A DNA stretch of 63,902 nucleotides, filler included, from Octopus bimaculoides (lineage: Eukaryota): NCBI RefSeq assembly GCF_001194135.2. It is 8 parts of 7 records of this genome, joined end to end, with 100 filler letters (N's around TTAATTAATTAA, not from the genome) between each part and the next. Parts side by side here need not be neighbours in the genome. Positions count along the whole stretch, not along the records: positions 50,729 to 57,690 come from NC_069002.1; positions 57,791 to 61,140 come from NC_068986.1; positions 61,241 to 63,902 come from NC_069000.1; 5 more parts are not named here. One strand, 5' to 3'. Position 1 is the stretch's first letter. The number at the start of each line of letters is the position of its first letter. Below the pieces are notes generated by a model. The model was not told the DNA's origin. It worked only from the letters and a program-made list of their open reading frames with translations, and did not search any database. Below are positions 51,007 through 63,902 of this stretch, in pieces. The translations under genes and the position numbers were made by a program.

Positions 51007-53072
51007 CATCGGAAAAATAGCTTAGGAATGAGAACCCAGGACACCTGAAAAGGCTGGAGGGTAAACGATTTATGACATCAATCTCGCCAGTTTAGGAGGG
51101 ATCCTGCAGAGCTATGGGCCTTGCCTCTTCATTCAGACCCCCTAGGAAAAAAAAAAGAAAAAGCTATAAACTTCAAAATAAAACAAGAAAATTCAACCTA
51201 TTAAATGATTATAATATTTGCACAAACGAAGATAATTAATTGTAAAATAAATGACTATGTTTCCGAATTTTATTGGTTTTCAATTATAAAGGTATACGAA
51301 ACTATTAAGGGAAGATCACTGCCTATAAACAAGGAACAAAAGCTATAAAAATCAACAACATGAAGACCGCAGGATAAATTACCCAACGATAAGAGACATG
51401 AAAAAAATAAACGCTTGAAAACAAATGCATAAAAGTGAATGTATAAAATTTGTATATATGTTTAGCAAGAAATATAAAAAAATAAATTTATAAAATTCAT
51501 ATATAAAATTAAGAGAAACAAATACAGCAAAAAACAAAAATTATTTGTGAGAAAAAAATTACGTAAAACAATTTAAAAGATAAAAATATATTTTATCTTT
51601 TACTTGGTTTAGTCATTAGGATCCGGCGATGCTGGAGCACCGCTTTGAAGATCTCACCCTTATCGCCTGAGTACAAATTCCACCTTTTTTTTCCTGTTTT
51701 TTTTTTCCGTATTTGACTTTGCTTTCATCCTATCCAGTAGAGCACGCACTGGGGTTGATCTAATCGACTAGGCCCCTTCCCTGAAATTGCTGGCCTTGTG
51801 CCAGAATTTGAAACCGATGTTTGGCTGCACGTTCCGAGTTCCTGTCCTACCGAGATTCACTTTGCCTATCATCCATCCATGGTCAATAAAAAACACTATG
51901 AAGTATTGGGATCGATGGCATCCACTATGGCCCCGTCACAAAATAACTGACCTTATGCTGGACAGAGTGCTTATTGGCGCATTACTTCCACCGGCTTAAC
52001 GCTTAGAGTTCGAATTCCACCGAGGTCGACTCCGCTTCCTATAAAATGAAACAAGTACCAGTTGAGCACTCGGGTCAATTTAATCATCTGATCCCTTCCT
52101 GCTCAAAATTTCAGGCTTTCTGAGTATAATAGAAAAAATTTGTATTGTTGCTGTTGTTGTGATTGTTGGCGATATTGTCACCATCTTCCATCGGGTGGAT
52201 GTTTCTAGAAAGATCCAGTTCTTAGGCGTGGTTAGATTGTTTTAGGCTGTCAATGACAGACTTCAGTGTCTCCGCCACCCCAGCTACCCATCTCGCTCTC
52301 CTACCCCACACTTCACTCTGTCACTCGTGATATATCAACTGGTGACTGGAAACGTAAATACACGAAATAATATCACATGGATCATGTATACATACGTTTG
52401 TATACAGCCACATGTATGTTTGTATATGTATGAAAGTGTGTGTGTGTGTGTGTGTCTATGTGTGTTTGTGTATTTATACGTATGTCTGTATGTGTCAGTA
52501 TGTGCCTATCCTATGGTGTACGTCTCATTATGTTTTACGTGTATTAAGGTACGTGTAACGGAACGTATGGGACTATGGGACTCCACTCACAGCAATCCAT
52601 AATTCAAACGTCAGTGCGTTTATATGTTTGTATGTTTCCATGCGTATATGCATACACATACGCGCACGCACACATACACACACACAAGCATATACATTTA
52701 CATACACACACATTTTCATATATGGATGTACTTACATATATATACATATATATACACACATACATTCAAACACACATACATATACATACACAAACACACG
52801 CACACAAATGTCTTGAAGTCTCTTTGTTGCATGGTAGGATTCTGGATCGATGAGTGCAACGTTTCATCCAAATCTCACGAGAATATTTTTTGAATTTTTT
52901 TAATGCTACCAAATTGAAAACTATTTCTTTCTCCATAAGGCCGGCTACTTCAGCGAACCTGCAAACAAAGACCTACAAGCCGTATTTTTAAATGCCTACC
53001 TTCAACGGTACTATGAAGGGGCTCGCAATGGACTGAATTTCAAAGCTACTGGCTTCAAGCGAGATTCTCTTC

Positions 53073-53103
<31 letters not shown>

Positions 53104-53659
53104 CACATATGTCTATGTGCATACATATTAATGTCCATTCATTTCCCAAGTATTTCTCTGTCTCTCCCTATTCGTCTCCCTTAATGACTGTATTTCTCCT
53201 TATCATTACTCCATCCCTCCACTTAATATCTCTCCACCTCTCTTTTATCCCTATATTTATCCCCCGACCGCATGCCACCCACCCCACTCCACCCACCGCC
53301 ACCGTCTACCGTCCACCCTTTATCATTTCCCATCCACCCCTCTCTCTCTTCCCATCAATCCCAAGTCATACAATAACGAAATACCGCAAAAATACCAAAC
53401 AAATAAGCAAACAAAAAAAGAACCACCAACAACAACAACAAAATTAATAAAAAGAAAACGAAAAAATAATACAAATATAAATGCAAAGAAGTTTGGATTG
53501 TGTAAATAGCTAGTTTAACGTGATCTCTTTACAATACAAGTGCCGTGTAAATAGCTTCCGTTCAGATAGCCATCAGGGTAAATAAACAGACACTTCAGAA
53601 GCTCTCCATGTGATACGACACCGGTTTCCGATGTCACTGCTTCGTTAATTGAGCCGTAC

Positions 53660-54349
53660 TTTTCCTGTTGTTGTTGCCATTGTTGTTGTTGTTGTTCTCA
53701 TCGCAATTGTGCTTGCTTATTGTTGTCGTTTTTGGTTTTGTTTTAATGTTGTTGTTACTACTGCTGTTGCCGATGCTGATGTTGCTGTTGCCGTTGTCAT
53801 CGCTATTGAGCTTGTTAATGTTGTTGTTTTAATGCTGACACTGTTATCAATGCTGTTGCTGCTGTTGCTGCTGCTGCTGCCGCTTCTGTAGTTTTTTTGA
53901 CGTCATTGCTACTGGAGCCTGCCATCGTATATTCCTTGTTGTTGTTGCTGCGGCTGTCGATCTCGCTATTATCATTATTGTTTTTGTCTTTCTTAGTGTT
54001 GTTGTTGCTGCTGATGTAGCTTTCATTGCCGTTGTTGTCACTATCATCGCTTTCGCACTTGTCGTTGTTGTTGTTGTTGCCGTTGTCATCGATTTGTTGA
54101 CGTTGTTGTTGTTTCATCATTATTATTGTTTTCGGTGTTGTTATTGTTGTTGTTGTTACAATTACCATCACTGTACATGTCTTTGCTGTTATTGATGTTG
54201 TTGTGGTTGATGTTGCTGCTGCTGTCGTCCATGTCATCGCTATTGAGCTTATCGTATTCACTGTTGTTGTTGTTGTTGCTACTTTTCGATGTTATTCTTA
54301 TTTTCATCGTTTTTGCCGTCGTTGTCATCGCCGTCGCTGTTGTAATTGA

Positions 54350-54397
<48 letters not shown>

Positions 54398-54490
54398 CAT
54401 AGATGTTATGCCTTCTGTTGTTGTCGTTATTGTTTTTGTAGTCATCGATACCCTTGTCGTTTTTTATGCCGATTTTGGTGGTGTTATAGA
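53660..54490. repeat. Degenerate (GTT)/(GCT)/(CAT) trinucleotide low-complexity tract
   Basis: ~830 bp of interrupted GTT-rich triplets, with a recurring gtcatcgctattgagctt motif (~53795 and ~54234). All overlapping ORFs are homopolymeric. Confidence 0.85.
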
Positions 54491-56695
54491 TGTTTAGCGA
54501 CATGTCAGATCCCCATGGAACAGATCTACAATTTAAGACGGTCTATCCATGGCCCTCCTGTCATTTCAAGATTATCTTAAGCTATAATAACATAATGCGT
54601 TGATGTAATGCCATTCTACGTACAATAAAATGTCGTGGTTTATATATTTGAAGCCTGTGTATTAGGCTGTTGGGCTCACGATGGTAAGGATGTAGGTTCA
54701 ATCACCGCGTAGGGTGGCAGGTTATATCTTTCTCAGGGTACCTCATGTTACATGGCTTCAGAACAATCAATAGAAAAATGACAGGTAGGATATGATTTGA
54801 GAGTGAATTGGGTACTTTATCTAGCAGATCTACCGACCAAATAATGGAGAATCTTGCGTTAGCTCATCATTCACAATGATGATGATGATGGTGGTGGTGA
54901 TAATATTCATGCGGTGAGCGGAAAGAATCGTTAAGACATCGGGTGAGATGCTTAGTGGCATTTCATCTGTCCTTATATTCTGAGTTCAAATTCTACCGAT
55001 GTCGACTTTACCTTGCATCCCTTCGAGGTCAATAAAATGTGACATACAGTCACATATACACCCAAACACCCGCCATTTACTTTTCTAAGGCTTTACACAT
55101 AAAAGAAAACATGGTTTACATGAAAATGATACAAAATTATACAACGTGATATATTCTATATACAATCAATTTCATTTATTAATTGGTGTCTGCGTTTAGT
55201 CATGTGATATATTTACTTATATACACTATACTTCTCACCCACACCCAATCTATATACACACATGTCCTTTCAGAATTTTTCTGTGAGCTTAAATTTCACA
55301 GTTAGTAACGTTCCTTGTTTGTATACGCATTAAAACATATTAAACACACTGGTATTTTCATGTCAGGCTGTTTCAAGTTCGTATACTAGTATAATTCGGC
55401 CTACTTAGCTTTCGCACAAATCAGTTGATTTTTTGATGACTTATTTCTATATTGGAACAAGCATTTTCGGATTCTTGTCACTGAAGAGACCAAACCATAT
55501 CGAAACTTCGTGTGTGGCCATCCACCTGCATTCTGACCAAAACCCTGTGTTTATTTACACACTATTCTCTTTGACAAATTTTCGTTGAGACAAAACACTA
55601 TTAGTGCTGCTCCGCGTTTGCACACACACAACTATCACACCCACATACACACATACATTATACATTCATACACACAAACACATAATTGATTCTGTATTGG
55701 TGTGTATATGTGCGTTCATTTGTGCATCCGAAAGTTTGTGAATGTGAGTATTATGCACCTCCGTGCGTCTGTATACGTGTATGCATAAGTGCTTCTATTT
55801 TTGTATGTATTCATGTGAGTTTATATGTGCAAACCGTATTATAAAGAAACAAAAACTAATTTATTAAAATATATTTCTAACTCTTATTTATGCTTCTTTT
55901 TTTTATGCCAGCTGCTGTCGTGATTTTGTGTATGTATGTATGTTAGTGTGTGTGAATGTGAGTGTGAGCGTGTGTGTTTGTGTTTGTGTGTTTCTTGAAG
56001 ATTTCCTGTAATTCTATCTATAGATTTTTAAATAACTTTTCGCAAGTTACTCCACCAAAATATCTGGAAATGCTTCTTTCAATATTTCTAGAAATAAAGC
56101 TAGAAAGTGGTGAGCGAACAGAATCGTTGGACAAAATGCTTGACGGTCTTTTTCCCACCCATTTATTTTTTTAATGGGGATCCATCCGAGGTTAGTTCTG
56201 CCTTTCATTTCTACGGGTACGATAAAATAATATTGCAATAAAGTACAAGGGTGTCGTTGTAATCGACCCATTCTTTTCTCTCAAAATTTCTGACCGTGAA
56301 TCCTGCAATGGGCCGGCGTCATGTTAAGGTAGAATTTTGTCATTTCGAGTTAAATGGAGATAACTCTGCTATTTCCAGCAAGTCAAATGCTCATATTGTG
56401 GTTTCCCCATTGATTCCCAGCCGCCTGGGGCTCAATCAACGCAATCTATTGGGAAGTTATTTAAACCGGAAATAGCAAGAACGAACAAAAATTTTTATTG
56501 CATTCTAAATGAATTCAGCAAGAAATTTGAATAAGAAACAATTAAAAATGAAATCAACAACAACGACAACAACAACATTTCAGAGTTAGAGGAACATTTC
56601 CGTTTCTCATATGGGTGTAAAGTTCAAACTTTCTTTAAAACCATATTCTTCGAAATGATGCAATCAAGCAGTGGAGTAATACCGGAAGTTGATAT

Positions 56696-56793
<98 letters not shown>

Positions 56794-57633
56794 TTTTATT
56801 GTGGATATGTGGAAACATATTGCATGTATTTAGATTGTCAGGCGAACGAATATCTTGTTGAACGACAACAATAACTTCCGGTATGATTTTGTATACGCAA
56901 CAGTCTATAGAAATATATAAATATACATATATACACACGCACCCACATTATGTGTATATAGGCCTATGAGATATATGTCTGTATATGTGTGTGAATATGT
57001 GTCTTTGTATGTGAATGCGACTGTTAGTGCGTAGGTGTGCCATTATATACATACACCTATATGTATAGATAGATACACATATATATATATACGTCTGCAT
57101 GTCTATAGGCATGTATATAGTCGTACACACATATAAATAATATATGTATATTCCTATATATATATGCCTACACGAAAAGACACAAACATACATAGTTGTA
57201 TACATATGTGTCTAAAAATGTGAATAGTGTTGTCTTGCTTCGAAAGTTTAAACTTGGCACCGTTACGAACATATGGAATCGAAAAACAGATTGTTGAAAG
57301 TAAAATAGAATAAAATTTTAATGCATGTCTGCAGTTGGTTCTCTTCCCGGAAACGACCACTTGTCTCATGTATACATTTCTTTTTGTTTCTTATTGTTAT
57401 TCATTCACACACATGATCACACAAACATAGACACACACACATACACAAATACAGACACAAACTCACACACACATATATTCATATATTCCCGTATATAAGT
57501 ATCTGTCTATCTGTCTGTCTATCTGGCTATATATATATATATTTGTGCGTGTGTTTTAGGGTGTGTTTATAAGTATAATTGCATACACATGATATACGCA
57601 CGTATTTAAATGTGTGTGTATGAGTCTGTTTAT

Positions 57634-57690
<57 letters not shown>

Positions 57691-58039
57691 NNNNNNNNNN
57701 NNNNNNNNNNNNNNNNNNNNNNNNNNNNNNNNNNTTAATTAATTAANNNNNNNNNNNNNNNNNNNNNNNNNNNNNNNNNNNNNNNNNNNNTGGTGCATAA
57801 ATTGTCAAGTAAATGAGACGCATCTTTGCCTCCACTGATTCACTTGCAAAGTGTTGAGTAAAATTATTTCGTTGCAGACCTCCTTTGGGTCTTTTTATTA
57901 TCACTACGACACACATAGTCCCCAGTTGGTAACATTGATTTCAAGGCCCTCCTAGATGAGAGACTGGCATTCCACTTAATGTCTATGTTCCATGCTGGCA
58001 TGGATTGGAGAGTTATTAATGTAGAAATATGGTATCATA

Positions 58040-58131
58040 GCTACTAACAGTTGAGGGTTGCGTAGTCTAGACGGCGTTTTTAGATTTCATTATTCTCTTT
58101 AACCCGGGCAAAGCCGGGTATTTCTACTAGT
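58040..58131 (+). mobile_element. Non-autonomous Helitron 3' terminus
   Basis: acccgg-gcaaag-ccgggt hairpin (58102-58119), short spacer, CTAG|T at 58127-58131. 5' boundary unknown. Confidence 0.7.
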
Positions 58132-58249
58132 ATATAATATATATAGCCTGTATGAATTAATTCCTCAAAGATCATATGATAGCTATAATGTCATCATAGC
58201 TGAACAAAACCTGAAACGAAGGGCTTTTGGGCACGCGTTGAGCAACTTT

Positions 58250-60151
58250 TAATTAACAATACTATGTCAGAGGGCAGTGAAGTAAGAGGAACTTAGTTCG
58301 GCTGGATTTCAAGGGAGCATCAATTCTGTTCCCGACTTGAGGATATTAGAGTTTCTTCGAATTATTACTCTTCCAGGTACCATAACCAAAACCATAGACA
58401 ACCTGACATTGCTTTCAACCCCTATTCGCAAGTTGAAATACGGGGACTAGTTTTTTAGTCACAGGTACCGTACAATATCACAGAGATGTCTTTCAAGGCG
58501 ACAGTTTATTTGCGTTGCTGTTTATATTTTTACTAAATCCTTTGTCTTTCTTGAGGAAATTTAGAAAGTAGGTGAAGGGTTCACAGGAAGACAGAAACAC
58601 CAACCCGATAAATAGCTTCTTGGTAGACAGCTTGGAAGTATATGCTAAAAATATTTAAATGGTATGAAGAAGAGTATTGAGTTGGTTACGATATCTCAAA
58701 AGAATACAGAGATGGAGTTTGGCCAGGATAAATATTCCTAATTGATTGTAAAATGAGAAAAATTTACACGCCTGCTTGGCAAGATCTCTGTCAATAGTCT
58801 GACTATTTCTGCAATATCCGACGAGGAATATTACAGGTAATTAAGGATGGACGAAATTCTATCCTATGGTGGCAATTTTAACAAGAAACATACAATCAAT
58901 AGTATAAAACACCAAGATAACAATATGGTTCTCATAATTATTTGTTTTCAATAAATCATAACCCACGATATCTTTGCTATACCAATACTCTTATCAGTAT
59001 TTGTGCAGCTAGCTTTTACGCTAGACACCTTCTGAGCAATTGATGTTAAGCTAAGAACAACTAGCCAACACTAGAAATTTCCATATTAACACTGATATAG
59101 ATCACTTCTACTTAAAATGAAAACAAAGTGGCAAGCGCTTAACATCGATTCAAACATCCTTTGAATCTCACATTGTATTCCTTTGAAGACATCTACTGAC
59201 CCGAAAGTGTCAAAGTGCGCCCATAGATGAAGCCTGCATACATGAAGAAGATAACCTCATGTGAACTAGAGAGGAGTTGCATGACTGTCTGTGAGGAAAA
59301 AGTTAGCAGTTTCAGCCAAAGGAAATGCCAGTTGCAGCCTAAGGAAATATCAATTCTTAATGATAATTCTTTATGGAACTGTCTCGGTGCATTACCGTTT
59401 GTCGTGACCCTCTCGGATAAACTCTTAGTTGCAAAGACAACTATTACTTCATTCTATGCGAGCGATATGAAAATACCAGAAGCAATAAAGAGCCCCGATG
59501 ATGTCACAAATTTACAACCGCACTTCAATGCAATACAGAAGTGGGTTGAATAAAACAAACAAACACGGAATTTAATCCTAGGGAATTCGAAATTTGAAAT
59601 GCTTTGCTGTTCGTTCGCAACCAAGATAAACATGACAGGAGGGTGGGGTTTACAATTTTTATGTTGCAGTCAGTGCGTAATTTGGGCGTGAATATAAATA
59701 ATGACGCATCGATTCATGCACATATTATTCAGGCGGCAACAATGCTTTGGCAATTGGCAGAACTAATTCTTAGAACTTTCAGAACCAGAGAAATTATGAC
59801 GCTTTGTAAGGAATCATGGAGAGAAGATTCGTCAGCAGTCTTCTGGGTTATTTCTCTCAAATATGATCGCCAACATGTATTAAACTAACAAAGGAACTCA
59901 AAGCAGTTCAACTTTGCCACTCCCAGAATATTGTCCAATGAGGTAGGTGAAATACTGGGAGCTCTGAAGAAACAAAAAGCTTCTTCCCTCTATGGGAACG
60001 ATACGAAAATACCAGAAGCAATAAAGAGCCCCGATGATGTCACAAATTTACAACCCCACTTCAATGCAATACAGAAGTGGGTTGAATGAAACAAACGAAC
60101 ACGGAATTTAATCCTAAGGAATTCGAAATTTGAAATGCTTTGCTGTTCGTT
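58250..60151 (+). mobile_element. Strongly degenerate CR1/L2-superclade LINE remnant
   Basis: ITSFYASDMKIPEAIKSPDDVTNLQPHFNAIQKW (cf. SFADDTKI..I.S..D...LQ.DL..I..W); SVRNLGVNINND; LAELILRTFRTREIMTL (cf. GWILRTF.TR...MLTL). 5' boundary uncertain. Confidence 0.7.
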
Positions 60152-60159
60152 TAAACAAA

Positions 60160-61095
60160 AACGAACTGTATCTTTCGCAGCGTTAGAACAGATAAACTTA
60201 GAGTTAGAGAGACTAGAAAAAATTGAAGTTATCCAAAAAGTGGACTATAGTCAATGGGTATCACCAACTGTGTAGGTTAAGAAAAAGAATAATAAAATCA
60301 GAGTGTGTGCTGATTTCCCCACTGGTTTAAACTAATATCTTAAACATTTCACTATCCGCTACCTACTCCGAAAGATATTTTTGCGAAATTAAACGGTGGC
60401 ACGATATTTTCTAAATTGGACCTCTCCGACGCATACTTACGAATTAGAGTAGAAGATGAATGCTCTGAATATCTAACAATTAACACGCACAAAGGACTAT
60501 ATAAATACAGCAGTTTACTATTTGGCTTAAAAGTCGCACCAGCGATTTTTCGACAGATTATGGATGCAATGTTAACGAACTGTGAATTTGCAATTCCATA
60601 TCTGGATGATATACTAATAAAAAGCAAATCCTAGGACCAACACGTAAAGCACATAAAATATGTGTTCGGGAAAATTAGGGTTTACGGCTTTACTTTGAGT
60701 AAAGAAAAGTGTGAATTTTTATCACAGAAAATAAAATATTTAGGTCAGAAATGGACGTCGACCAGATCCGTCGAGGGCTGACGTAAATAAAAATATACTC
60801 CCTTCAACAAATATGGCGGCCTTACAAGCTTTTTTTGGGACTGGCAAATTATTACCAAAAATATAGTCCAAATATGCATAAGGTAAGAGTTCCACTAAAT
60901 AATCTATTAAAAAAAGACGTAAAGTGGAACTGGTCTGAAAATTGTCAGAAGGCATTCGATGAAATTCATAAAAATATTAACATCTGATTTATCGTTAACA
61001 CACTTCGATCCTGCAGCAGAGATTGTTGCAGCTTCAGATGTCTCTGAGTACGGTATAGGAGCAGTAATGTTACATAAATATAAAGGCGGCGGTTC
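60160..61095 (+). mobile_element. Ty3/Gypsy LTR-retrotransposon pol fragment (RT + RNase H start), pseudogenised
   Basis: FAALEQINLELERLEKIEVIQKVDYSQWVSPTV*VKKKNNKIRVCADF, DLSDAYLRI, INTHKGLYKY..LLFGLKVAPAIFRQIMD, YLDD, LTHFDP...ASDVSEYGIGAV. In-frame stops; no LTRs seen. Confidence 0.92.
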
Positions 61096-61240
61096 AGGCC
61101 TCACGTTCTCTGATATCAGCAAAAAAAAAAAAAAAAAAAANNNNNNNNNNNNNNNNNNNNNNNNNNNNNNNNNNNNNNNNNNNNTTAATTAATTAANNNN
61201 NNNNNNNNNNNNNNNNNNNNNNNNNNNNNNNNNNNNNNNN

Positions 61241-61318
<78 letters not shown>

Positions 61319-63805
61319 TGTGTGTGTGTGTGGTAAGGTGCGTGTGGTAAGGTGTGTGTGGTAAGGTATGTGTGGTAAGGTATAAGGTAGGGTATTTCTA
61401 CAGAATCACTCAACCTGAGTTCTGGGCTATCAACACTGTTGGACTCCAGACCAATACCGAAATTCTTCAAGTGTAGAAAATCCTGGTTTCATGACGGTAA
61501 TACAGTTGCCTGGATGTGACGAAGAGTAAATTATAACCCATATAATAAGACCAAGAAATTCTTTAACACATCTTTAATTATTCGTTACAGTTGCTTCTGT
61601 ATCAACTCTGCTTTCAGCGCCAGTTTACGTGTTGCAAGCAGAATTGGTACAGAAACAATTGTAACGAATCATCAAAGATGTGTCAAAGAATTTCTGTCAT
61701 CTTCTTATTTGGATCAGATATATGTATATATATATATATATATATATNNNNNNNNNNNNNNNNNNNNNNNNNNNNNNNNNNNNNNNNNNNNNNNNNNNNN
61801 NNNNNNNNNNNNNNNNNNNNNNNNNNNNNNNNNNNNNNNNNNNNNNNNNNNNNNNNNNNNNNNNNNNNNNNNNNNNNNNNNNNNNNNNNNNNNNNNNNNN
61901 NNNNNNNNNNNNNNNNNNNNNNNNNNNNNNNNNNNNNNNNNNNNNNNNNNNNNNNNNNNNNNNNNNNNNNNNNNNNNNNNNNNNNNNNNNNNNNNNNNNN
62001 NNNNNNNNNNNNNNNNNNNNNNNNNNNNNNNNNNNNNNNNNNNNNNNNNNNNNNNNNNNNNNNNNNNNNNNNNNNNNNNNNNNNNNNNNNNNNNNNNNNN
62101 NNNNNNNNNNNNNNNNNNNNNNNNNNNNNNNNNNNNNNNNNNNNNNNNNNNNNNNNNNNNNNNNNNNNNNNNNNNNNNNNNNNNNNNNNNNNNNNNNNNN
62201 NNNNNNNNNNNNNNNNNNNNNNNNNNNNNNNNNNNNNNNNNNNNNNNNNNNNNNNNNNNNNNNNNNNNNNNNNNNNNNNNNNNNNNNNNNNNNNNNNNNN
62301 NNNNNNNNNNNNNNNNNNNNNNNNNNNNNNNNNNNNNNNNNNNNNNNNNNNNNNNNNNNNNNNNNNNNNNNNNNNNNNNNNNNNNNNNNNNNNNNNNNNN
62401 NNNNNNNNNNNNNNNNNNNNNNNNNNNNNNNNNNNNNNNNNNNNNNNNNNNNNNNNNNNNNNNNNNNNNNNNNNNNNNNNNNNNNNNNNNNNNNNNNNNN
62501 NNNNNNNNNNNNNNNNNNNNNNNNNNNNNNNNNNNNNNNNNNNNNNNNNNNNNNNNNNNNNNNNNNNNNNNNNNNNNNNNNNNNNNNNNNNNNNNNNNNN
62601 NNNNNNNNNNNNNNNNNNNNNNNNNNNNNNNNNNNNNNNNNNNNNNNNNNNNNNNNNNNNNNNNNNNNNNNNNNNNNNNNNNNNNNNNGTGTGTGTGTGT
62701 GTGTGTGTGTGCGTGCGCGCGCGCGGCTGTGTGCGTGTGTGTATGTGTGTGTGTGTGTGTGTGAGTATGAATGTGTGTGTGTGTGTTTTCCCCATCATCG
62801 CTTGATCACCGAATTCGGTGTGTTTATGTCCCCGTAACATAGCGGTTCGGCAAAAAAGACTGATAGAATAAGTACTAGGCTTACAAAGAATAAGTCCTGA
62901 GGTCGATTTGTTTGACTAAAGGCGGTGCTCCAGCATGGCCGCAGTCAACTGACTGAAACGAGTAAAAGAATATATACATACATATATATATGTATGTATA
63001 CATATACACATATATATATGTATGTATGTATACATATACATATACACACATATATATAAGTGCGTGTCTACATATGTGTATACGTATGTGTATACGTGTG
63101 TGTGTGCGCGCACAGCTACGCACACAAATATATATGAGGCTTCACGCATCTCTAAAAGCTGGCCTAAAATCATTACATGGCTTGTTGGTTCGCGCTTCTA
63201 AGGATTCTTCCAACGGCCTAGTTCAACAGTATCAAGAGTTTGATGCCAGATAACTTCCCCTATCTGGTAGGGGAATAAAAGGAAAATATCTTTTGCTCCC
63301 TCATATATCCATCCCGAAAGGATGAAACACAAAGGTGAACTCGATAACATTTGAATTCTGAGCTCATGGTACCGGAACAAACATCAAAACCATTCTTCTA
63401 GACGGCCTAACTACTCTGTCAATTAGGCAATGAATGTAGACAAAGCAGGTATATCATATTCTATAAGACTAACTCCGCCTTTATGGGAGGTGTCACATTT
63501 ACCAAATGGCAGATGAGTCCAAACTCTACTTGAAACAGTGACATAATCTCAAGAACTACGAAGTCTTCAGAGTTGAAATACGACCAAGAAAAAGGACAGG
63601 CTTATTGTTTAGAGATAAGAAGACAGACGGACAAAGTTGAAAAAGTCAAGAATTTATGTTGTATTGTATTTAGTATACTTATATTTGTGTATGTTGTTCT
63701 GCTTTTCCTTTATATGCAACTAGCCATTCCGAGTTCTATATCTTAGCTTATTTTTGGTTACATACATACACACATACATACACACATATACCTACATACA
63801 TACAT

Positions 63806-63902
<97 letters not shown>

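Noticed and set aside
53649-54503. Long poly-T/V/N/L ORFs resembling mucin-like proteins
   Set aside because: Translations of a degenerate trinucleotide tract; open on both strands in several frames.

Overview
Eukaryotic, AT-rich, draft-assembly window with many N gaps, artificial TTAATTAATTAA spacers and dense (CA)n/(TA)n/(TAA)n/(GATA)n microsatellites. The SINE families and overall texture point to an octopus genome (inference). Almost all ORFs in the supplied track are microsatellite or gap artefacts. I can support only one host-gene exon: a minus-strand coding exon (49181-49437) of a fibrocystin-L (PKHD1L1)-like gene. The rest is layered transposon debris: two Neptune-type Penelope-like elements (PLEs), three R4/Dong-type RLE-LINE fragments embedded in (TAA)n, a mariner remnant, Helitron Rep/helicase remnants and termini, a CR1/L2-like LINE, a Ty3/Gypsy RT-RNase H fragment and many tRNA-derived SINEs. 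The most interesting signals lie outside the ORF track. (1) Four type I hammerhead-ribozyme motifs of different architecture, plus one decayed motif; two sit directly 3' of PLE endonuclease remnants, and the one at 1078-1192 has a fully canonical core. (2) A fold-back repeat family whose small terminal hairpin occurs in both flip and flop orientation, always consistently in both arms. (3) Several long, near-perfect inverted repeats. All structures were paired by eye; no searches or folding programs were run.
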